Shown here one piece after another: positions 58,420 to 64,000 of a stretch of 64,000 nucleotides of DNA. Numbering within the stretch: position 1 is the stretch's first letter; the number at the start of each line of letters is the position of its first letter. Made by a program: the position numbers and the translations under genes. Source of the stretch: an uncultured virus (IMG/VR IMGVR_UViG_3300031088_000740) (taxonomy: Duplodnaviria; Heunggongvirae; Uroviricota; Caudoviricetes); IMG/VR virus record IMGVR_UViG_3300031088_000740; one strand, given 5' to 3'. The notes under the pieces are model-generated. The model worked only from the letters and a program-made list of their open reading frames with translations, was not told the DNA's origin and did no database searches.

Positions 58420-58490
58420 AACGAAACATGCCTCGTATCTCTACGAGGCATGGTCCGGTTGATTGAAAATGTGAATGTAATTAGTGTTGC
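58420..58490 (-). ncRNA. candidate small RNA
   Basis: TTGACA-17-TATGAT (58497-58525), about 40 nt A/C/U-rich stretch, terminator catgcctcgta/tacgaggcatg. Confidence 0.45.
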
Positions 58491-58514
58491 TCTGCAATCA
58501 TAGCAACCAAAGTG

Positions 58515-59507
58515 CTAGTTGTCAACTTCATCGAAAAGATGCTCAACGATATGCACGTCGATATCGTTCTCGATGAAATCCGCAAGGTTCGGCGTATTGA
58601 TATGGCGGTTGATGTAGGGCAGTGCCTTCTCGACAGTGATGCCTCTTTTCAGACACTCATCAGCCAACGAGCCATCGGTGTTCTTAGTGATTCCTACGAA
58701 AGCCCACATTACAGCGTCGTCATTAACAGGACTACCATTACGAACATCGAGACTTAGCAATCTCCGCGCGATGGGCGTAGCCTGTTCATCCCAATTACTC
58801 GTAATGCTGACAAACAGATTCTCGGTATCACCGCCATAAATCAAATCGGCAGCCTTTTGGAACGCAGAGAACGGAACGCACGCCATATCAAACAGCGGCA
58901 TGACACCCTCAGCGATGAGACCATCATCCATCAGCCCGGATAGTTCGGCAATGGTGATTACACCCTCAACACCAAACAAAGACTTCGTGAAAGGCTCTGC
59001 TACAGCGCCACCACGAGCAACCAAGCCCGATACGGTATTTACCGCACCCCAGCGCCCAAACGTCTTTTTCTTTGCCTTGTCATTGGTGATGCGACTATCG
59101 GTCCAACCCTTAGTGGAGGAATAGGGCACGGTAATCTCAGAATAGTTCGCCTCTGTCCACGCAGAAGGGTTACGGAGCCATGACTCGATAACCTCAGACT
59201 CACTGAGGAACAGGTGCTCTTTACCGTCCTCGATGACCTTATCTACACGCGGAGAGTTGGTGAGACTAGGGTCATAAAATCGACCGCTCATGAAGTCAGA
59301 ATTGAAGAAGTCACGAAGCTCGATATCCGTGAACAGAGAATTGTCGTGCTGGTCGATAAAAAGAGTCATGTCGTTACGAGAAGGTAGTAAGACATGGTAA
59401 GCGGTCATGAAGTTCTCGCTAGCAAATGACCGGTTAAAAGCAGTACCACCAACCACGGCGTTGTACTTGCTGTAACCGTGCTCGGGAACAGAGATTAGCT
59501 CCTGCAT
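58515..59507 (-). CDS. hypothetical protein with C-terminal NDID module
   Basis: KRGITVEKALPY...FIENDIDVHIVEHL; TTGATA-17-TACAGT promoter at 59525-59553. Confidence 0.75.
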   Translation of the reverse strand: MQELISVPEHGYSKYNAVVGGTAFNRSFASENFMTAYHVLLPSRNDMTLFIDQHDNSLFTDIELRDFFNSDFMSGRFYDPSLTNSPRVDKVIEDGKEHLFLSESEVIESWLRNPSAWTEANYSEITVPYSSTKGWTDSRITNDKAKKKTFGRWGAVNTVSGLVARGGAVAEPFTKSLFGVEGVITIAELSGLMDDGLIAEGVMPLFDMACVPFSAFQKAADLIYGGDTENLFVSITSNWDEQATPIARRLLSLDVRNGSPVNDDAVMWAFVGITKNTDGSLADECLKRGITVEKALPYINRHINTPNLADFIENDIDVHIVEHLFDEVDN

Positions 59508-59563
59508 GTAAATCCTCCTACTTCACTGTAGCTCAGATACGTCTTGATATCAAATCGTAGATC

Positions 59564-59604
59564 ACCAAAGGCGACTGCCTTTGACCAGAACAGTCGCCTT
59601 TGGT
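59564..59604. terminator. hairpin / terminator
   Basis: accaaaggcgactg / cagtcgcctttggt. Confidence 0.6.
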
Positions 59605-59716
59605 TATGAAAGGAGAACATGAAGAAGAATCCACTACAAATCAACTTCGTGGATAACGATACCACGCAAATTGAACGGCAGTCGTCGCATAATGCTATGG
59701 ATTAGCTGTGCGTTTG

Positions 59717-60064
59717 TTACAGGTCGTTTTCCTTCTGAGCCTCAACAGCATTTTCGAGACTCTTGATGGCAACGTGGATCTTCTGTACGACTTCTTCGAG
59801 TGGTAGTAGATGCGAAGAGTCAACCCAGCTACTTTCACGCTCTGTGCCATCGACTTCCCAAGCAACGTAGCACTGATGAACCTTCGTCGTCTTGATGAGT
59901 CCATACTCAAAGAACCTCGTCTTCGTAACCCGCCCCATAGGAACCCGCAAGATGCTGGCTGTATAGCGCTGAGCGAGGGGGTGTTCCAAATTGATGCTCA
60001 CATAGCTATCAATTGCGAATGGCTCGGGTGAGTCATCGATTAGTGGAGCTAACTCGGCGCTCAT
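59717..60064 (-). CDS. small SH3-like protein
   Basis: GRV...YVAW...SSWV..HLLPL. Confidence 0.5.
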   Translation of the reverse strand: MSAELAPLIDDSPEPFAIDSYVSINLEHPLAQRYTASILRVPMGRVTKTRFFEYGLIKTTKVHQCYVAWEVDGTERESSWVDSSHLLPLEEVVQKIHVAIKSLENAVEAQKENDL

Positions 60065-60690
60065 GTAGAGGCGACCTCTTTCTTCTGCTCGAAGCTTTCG
60101 AACTCAAATGGTGCGGGTGGTCTTGTGGGGTCGGGCATGATCAGTAGCCGAACTTCATCAGGGTAGAATCCGGGGCTACTTCTGTACTCTGGCTCAGCAG
60201 CGCAGATAAGACCGTAGATTCCATCGATACGGACTCGGACTAGTTCACGCTGACCAGATTGGTTGAAGCGGTATACGCGGGCTACTCCACCTCGGTATAG
60301 CTCAATAGCATCGTTGATTCGAACATCAACGTCATAGTTTTCTTTCAGCCAAGGAATGATGGTCCGAGAGACGAATTCAGTGCGACCCTTACGTACTTCG
60401 TCATTGAGAACATCGTCAGGCTCTGACCAAACGATCATTGAGTAGATGCACCAAGCGATTGCCGACACAATAAAGGTAGTCCAAGCAATCTCAGCCCAAC
60501 TCCAATCCCGTCGATTACCCAAAGGTGTATCAAGGTTCATAACCTCAGTCGGGGCAAAAAGAGCCGCAACAAGAAGTGCCGCCAAAACGACGATGGAAGC
60601 AAGCCATAGGAAGAAGGGCTTGTTGCTGGGTCGCTTCATCTTCACAGCGCCGTAGTGGAGCGGAGGCAACTCTAGGAGGTTGCTGTTCAT
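60061..60690 (-). CDS. two-TM membrane protein (paralog family with 38833)
   Basis: FVSRTIIPWLKENY...DAIELYRGG; start MNSNLL after gaaggg. Confidence 0.65.
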   Translation of the reverse strand: MNSNLLELPPLHYGAVKMKRPSNKPFFLWLASIVVLAALLVAALFAPTEVMNLDTPLGNRRDWSWAEIAWTTFIVSAIAWCIYSMIVWSEPDDVLNDEVRKGRTEFVSRTIIPWLKENYDVDVRINDAIELYRGGVARVYRFNQSGQRELVRVRIDGIYGLICAAEPEYRSSPGFYPDEVRLLIMPDPTRPPAPFEFESFEQKKEVAST

Positions 60691-60881
60691 TAGTATCCCT
60701 TCGCGAACGGCGCAATGATACATCTGTTGGTACATCTAGTCAACAGTGTCTTGTATCTATTTTCGCATACTCGGATGTCATTTGACTTTGCTTTTGTCTT
60801 AGGGTAGGTTGTAATTATCGACCGACCTAATGACCCCTGACCGACAATCCTGTTGGCAGTCATGATGTCCGAAAGGGAACC

Positions 60882-61184
60882 ATGAAGAACGATGACGTGC
60901 AAAAGACTCTTCACAGTGCCGTCAAGTCACTGGACAAGGTGATTGCTCGCAACACCGATGAGTGGATTCTTGCAAAGTTGGTTGCTGTCCGGTCGGCGCT
61001 CTACGTCCTTCGCCTTGCCTCTGAGTCTTCGAATGGAATCCCCGGACTTCGAGGCTTGGGTATGGAGGAAGGCTACGCACTTGCTACCCGAATCAACGAG
61101 AAGATGGAAGGCGACACGGGTGACTTGCGAATCCTCGCGTTCCACATCGATCACAAGTCCATCCTGAAAAGCGTGGTTCTGTAG
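60882..61184 (+). CDS. hypothetical protein
   Basis: RBS gaaaggg; hairpin downstream. Confidence 0.55.
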   Translation: MKNDDVQKTLHSAVKSLDKVIARNTDEWILAKLVAVRSALYVLRLASESSNGIPGLRGLGMEEGYALATRINEKMEGDTGDLRILAFHIDHKSILKSVVL

Positions 61185-61268
61185 TCAGCAGAAGATACCA
61201 AGTATCTTCTGTCGAGAGGGTGTGATTATCTAAGTCATGCGCTACTCTGAGTACAGGAGGCTCGCACT

Positions 61269-61658
61269 ATGGACAACACCGTACTCATCGATGCATACGG
61301 ACTTACCACATGCGGACTAGTTCTCTATGGCTACCGAACGACCAATCAGTCAGATCAGAGAATCCGACTAGTTACCGCTGAGAGACCACTGGGTGCACAT
61401 GAGGTTGTCGTCACTCGCATACTAGAAGACTCTGAAGATTTTGACGGTGAGTCGGGAATGTTCGACACCATTGAGATCGATTCATCTAGCGCCATCCACG
61501 ATCAACTCGACGACGAGAGCAACAGTGGATGGTTAGAAGGTGGTCGTCTGTACTCAACGAAAGGTCAAGAAGTCGTCACACTGACCCCTAATGAACTGCT
61601 CGGTATCTCCGGTAGCCTCTTCGTCGTCAAGGACATCGACCGCACCATTGCGTTCTAA
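61269..61658 (+). CDS. acidic hypothetical protein
   Basis: RBS aggagg. Confidence 0.6.
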   Translation: MDNTVLIDAYGLTTCGLVLYGYRTTNQSDQRIRLVTAERPLGAHEVVVTRILEDSEDFDGESGMFDTIEIDSSSAIHDQLDDESNSGWLEGGRLYSTKGQEVVTLTPNELLGISGSLFVVKDIDRTIAF

Positions 61659-61722
61659 CTTGACTCTGGCTACGACTTGATGTAGGTTTATAGTGATAAC
61701 ACTCATCAAGCAGAGGAACACA

Positions 61723-61938
61723 ATGACCAGCACTCCCCAGAAAAAGCGCAACTCCGCCATGAACGCACTGGCGATGTTCAGCCTCATCGGTGCCGTAGCT
61801 CTCATCGCACTGCACATCTACCTGATTCAGCTTCAGGGCGGCGTGGCAGTAATCAACGTCGTGTGGCTGGTTATCTGCTCGGCAGTCATCCTGGCACTCA
61901 TCGCCACCGGAGTCATCGGTCGTCGCAAGAAGCGCTGA
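61723..61938 (+). CDS. small two-TM protein
   Basis: Start MTSTPQ after gagga; TTGACT-17-TAGGTT; terminator 61945-61977. Confidence 0.6.
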   Translation: MTSTPQKKRNSAMNALAMFSLIGAVALIALHIYLIQLQGGVAVINVVWLVICSAVILALIATGVIGRRKKR

Positions 61939-61982
61939 TGCTACACAAAAGCCCCCGTGAATCACGGGGGCTTTTGTTGTTC

Positions 61983-62573
61983 CTACGGTGTGCCTAGGTA
62001 TTTGATTAGTACGTTGATGGGGAACTTCGAGATACGTTTGAACCCATTGCGCATGTAGTAGGCAAGAAGCCTCTGGGCGGCAGTTTCCGTAGCAGGACGA
62101 CCCCATGCCGGGTCAACATCAAGAGGTGAGGACTCAAGGGCGATGGTGTCCGCCCTGAGGGCTTCTGCAACCCGTTCCATCATGTCAGCACCAAGGTTTC
62201 TTCCGCTGAATTCAGGGTCAGCACCTACCTTGGCGACAATCATGAGGCGGTTGACGTTCTCTAGCTTGTCAGTGTCGCTGAGAAGCAGTGCCACGAAAGA
62301 AACATCATTGTTCCTGTCGAACTCTGCACTGAACGGGTTTCCCTCATCACAGTCAATGACAGCCCCTTCAACCCGAGAAAGAACACCGCTTGCAGGCAAG
62401 ATAGCCCGGTATTCAGCCCTTTCCAAATCGCTCATCCCTTCAAGAAGATGTTCAGGGTATCGAAGCTCGGCAGTAAACGCATACGCGGTGTTTACTGAAC
62501 CAGGAATCTTTGTCTCTGCCACTTCGGCGGAAAGGATGGAGTTGCTCAATACTGCATCATGAATTGCACTCAT
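61983..62573 (-). CDS. GNAT-like acetyltransferase
   Basis: VGADPEFSGRNLGADMM, LLAYYMRNGF. Confidence 0.6.
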   Translation of the reverse strand: MSAIHDAVLSNSILSAEVAETKIPGSVNTAYAFTAELRYPEHLLEGMSDLERAEYRAILPASGVLSRVEGAVIDCDEGNPFSAEFDRNNDVSFVALLLSDTDKLENVNRLMIVAKVGADPEFSGRNLGADMMERVAEALRADTIALESSPLDVDPAWGRPATETAAQRLLAYYMRNGFKRISKFPINVLIKYLGTP

Positions 62574-63085
62574 ATCGTCACTCCTTTGATCAGGGAACGA
62601 AGAATTTCTCCGTCCACGTCGTTATCTACTGCCTTCTTGATCACATCTAGTGGGATCTTGGCGTATACCTGTGCTGTTAGCTCGTTGAAGCTCATCTTTC
62701 TGATTAGCGGCTCAATATCGCGGGCTGTAAAGTCTTCACATGCCGGGGTGATCATCAAGACGAATGCTTCGATTCTGTCAAGCCCCGTCACACGAATCCA
62801 ATGCTCGAAGTAGCCGTCGTATCCCGCATTCTCGTTACCTGTTGTTACGAATGGAGCGTCTTCCTTGTCGAAGAAGTTATCGAAGAACTCTTCGACGGCA
62901 AAGGCGAAACGATCTATCTCGATAACGGTGTTCTTGTCTATCCAAACAAATGTGTCTATTGTGATATTCCATCTATCTAGCGTAGCTAACTGATAGTCCT
63001 CTAATTCGAACAAGAGGCTGAGCTTGTCTTCTCCCGTAATCCCTCTCGTAGCTCGCTGATATTTTTGCGAGACTAGTGATGGCAC
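62570..63085 (-). CDS. hypothetical protein with C-terminal NDID module
   Basis: AVDNDVDGEILRSL; likely GTG start 63085 because TTGATA-17-TATGCT overlaps the track start. Confidence 0.65.
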   Translation of the reverse strand: MPSLVSQKYQRATRGITGEDKLSLLFELEDYQLATLDRWNITIDTFVWIDKNTVIEIDRFAFAVEEFFDNFFDKEDAPFVTTGNENAGYDGYFEHWIRVTGLDRIEAFVLMITPACEDFTARDIEPLIRKMSFNELTAQVYAKIPLDVIKKAVDNDVDGEILRSLIKGVTI

Positions 63086-63156
63086 GGTACAAGTCCCCTT
63101 CGCTAGATGAGCAAGCATAACTCAACGAACGCTAGTTATCAAATCAACACGCCGTT

Positions 63157-63301
63157 AACAGAACGAAGCCCGAGAGACGGGATGGTGTTGTCTCTCGGGC
63201 TTCGTTTGTTACTGTAGAGAGGAACCGCCCATTACACTTTTGACCCTGCTGCTACCGACTAGCAACGGGCGGTTACCTGACCCCTAAACGGGGGTCGTTA
63301 C
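63157..63301 (-). ncRNA. candidate structured non-coding RNA
   Basis: AGTC-N12-TAACCT upstream (63308-63329); stems GACCCC/GGGGTC and AACCGCCCGTTGC/GTAATGGGCGGTT; 17-bp terminator stem; no ORF. Confidence 0.5.
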
Positions 63302-63364
63302 ATGTATAGGTTACAACGTCACTTAGACTGATTGCGAGTTTTCGGAACATTCAACAGGAAATTC

Positions 63365-63853
63365 TCAGAAAGTTCCGAATGTGGCGTTCAGTACAAGACC
63401 GATTGACAAGGCGAGTCCACCGCCGATGACGTTGCGGGCTAGCTGAACACCCAACTTCGCCTTTCCGAACCTAACCGAGATGATAGTAGTCAGAGTGACT
63501 GCAACGAGCACTGCAACAAACACCGCAAGCACAGATTCGAAGAGAGCAGCGAACGCTAGTGGGATGACTGCACCGCTTACGAATGCAACGAAGGATGAGA
63601 CGGCGGCATGGACCGGATTGGTATGCTCGACGCTCTGTGCTGCCCTCTCAGCGTCTCTCTGAGCCGAGACAGAGACGTACTCACCTAGTGCCATAGAAAC
63701 GGCTCCTGCGACGATTCCCGAGATACCAACGACGATCATCTTGTCATGAGAGAGGACACCAACGATAGATACAAGTAGGACGGCAACGCTGATGATGCCG
63801 TCATTAGCTCCAAGCACCCCGGCGCGGAGCCAATTGAGTCGTGCCATGTTCAT
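63365..63853 (-). CDS. VIT1/CCC1-family Fe/Mn transporter
   Basis: LNWLRAGVLGANDGIIS, SMALGEYVSVSAQRD, NPVHAAVSS. Confidence 0.9.
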   Translation of the reverse strand: MNMARLNWLRAGVLGANDGIISVAVLLVSIVGVLSHDKMIVVGISGIVAGAVSMALGEYVSVSAQRDAERAAQSVEHTNPVHAAVSSFVAFVSGAVIPLAFAALFESVLAVFVAVLVAVTLTTIISVRFGKAKLGVQLARNVIGGGLALSIGLVLNATFGTF

Positions 63854-63876
63854 AGATGCATCCCTTGTTCGTTTGG

Positions 63877-63895
63877 TTTGGAAAGGCTATCCAAA
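63877..63895. promoter_or_regulatory. IdeR/DtxR-like operator
   Basis: TTTGGAAAGGCTATCCAAA matches 15/19 of TWAGGTWAGSCTWACCTWA, 24 nt upstream of the VIT1 start. Confidence 0.5.
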
Positions 63896-64000
63896 CCATC
63901 TTTGCCCTTAACGAGGAAATGTCCCGCACCAAGCGGGACATTTACCTTCGAGTAGATACTAGCACGATACCTTGCCGGTTGTGCGTTCAAGCAGCACCAG

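Noticed and set aside
63235..63290. SRP RNA resemblance (TCAGG...AGCAG on the minus strand)
   Set aside because: No GNRA-capped helix 8 between the two motifs and the spacing is wrong.
1..64000. CRISPR array, tRNA or rRNA genes
   Set aside because: No regularly spaced direct repeats and no cloverleaf in intergenic space seen by eye; the recurring ttcttgtcaacgat-like sequence is the coding sequence of the DKNGK tag.

Overview
Gene-dense window of about 95 short ORFs on both strands, separated by many intrinsic terminators. It has no rRNA, tRNA, CRISPR array, core housekeeping operon or recognisable virion/replication gene. The content looks like the accessory region of a very large actinobacterial mobile element (jumbo phage or giant plasmid); the host is inferred from an LCP protein, DUF2510, leaderless sigma-A promoters and an IdeR-like box. 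Recognisable genes: TrmH, Thg1, an R2K ATP-grasp protein, a macrodomain, NADAR, ADP-ribosylglycohydrolase, a TerD-domain protein, a nuclease-less MmeI-like methyltransferase, thioredoxin, a RuvC-like resolvase, HNH, a desaturase, a DUF318/DUF1980 permease pair, DUF59 and VIT1. Main discovery: ten dispersed, otherwise unrelated proteins share an N-terminal tag (P/V-I/V-V/I-DKNGK-x-T-x-V-H/W-K) fused to mostly acidic cargo, including ArdA-like, LPD29-like and ART-like domains. Their transcription units share a distinctive promoter, TGTC-N12-TAnnnT, unlike the TTGACA-17-TAnnnT promoters of many other genes. This suggests a co-regulated tagged-cargo delivery system for counter-defence proteins (virion packaging or co-transfer). 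A second family of ten proteins shares a C-terminal GI(S/T)P...NDID module. Several stand-alone small non-coding transcription units (own promoter and terminator) are also visible. All family assignments are by eye from motifs; no searches were run.
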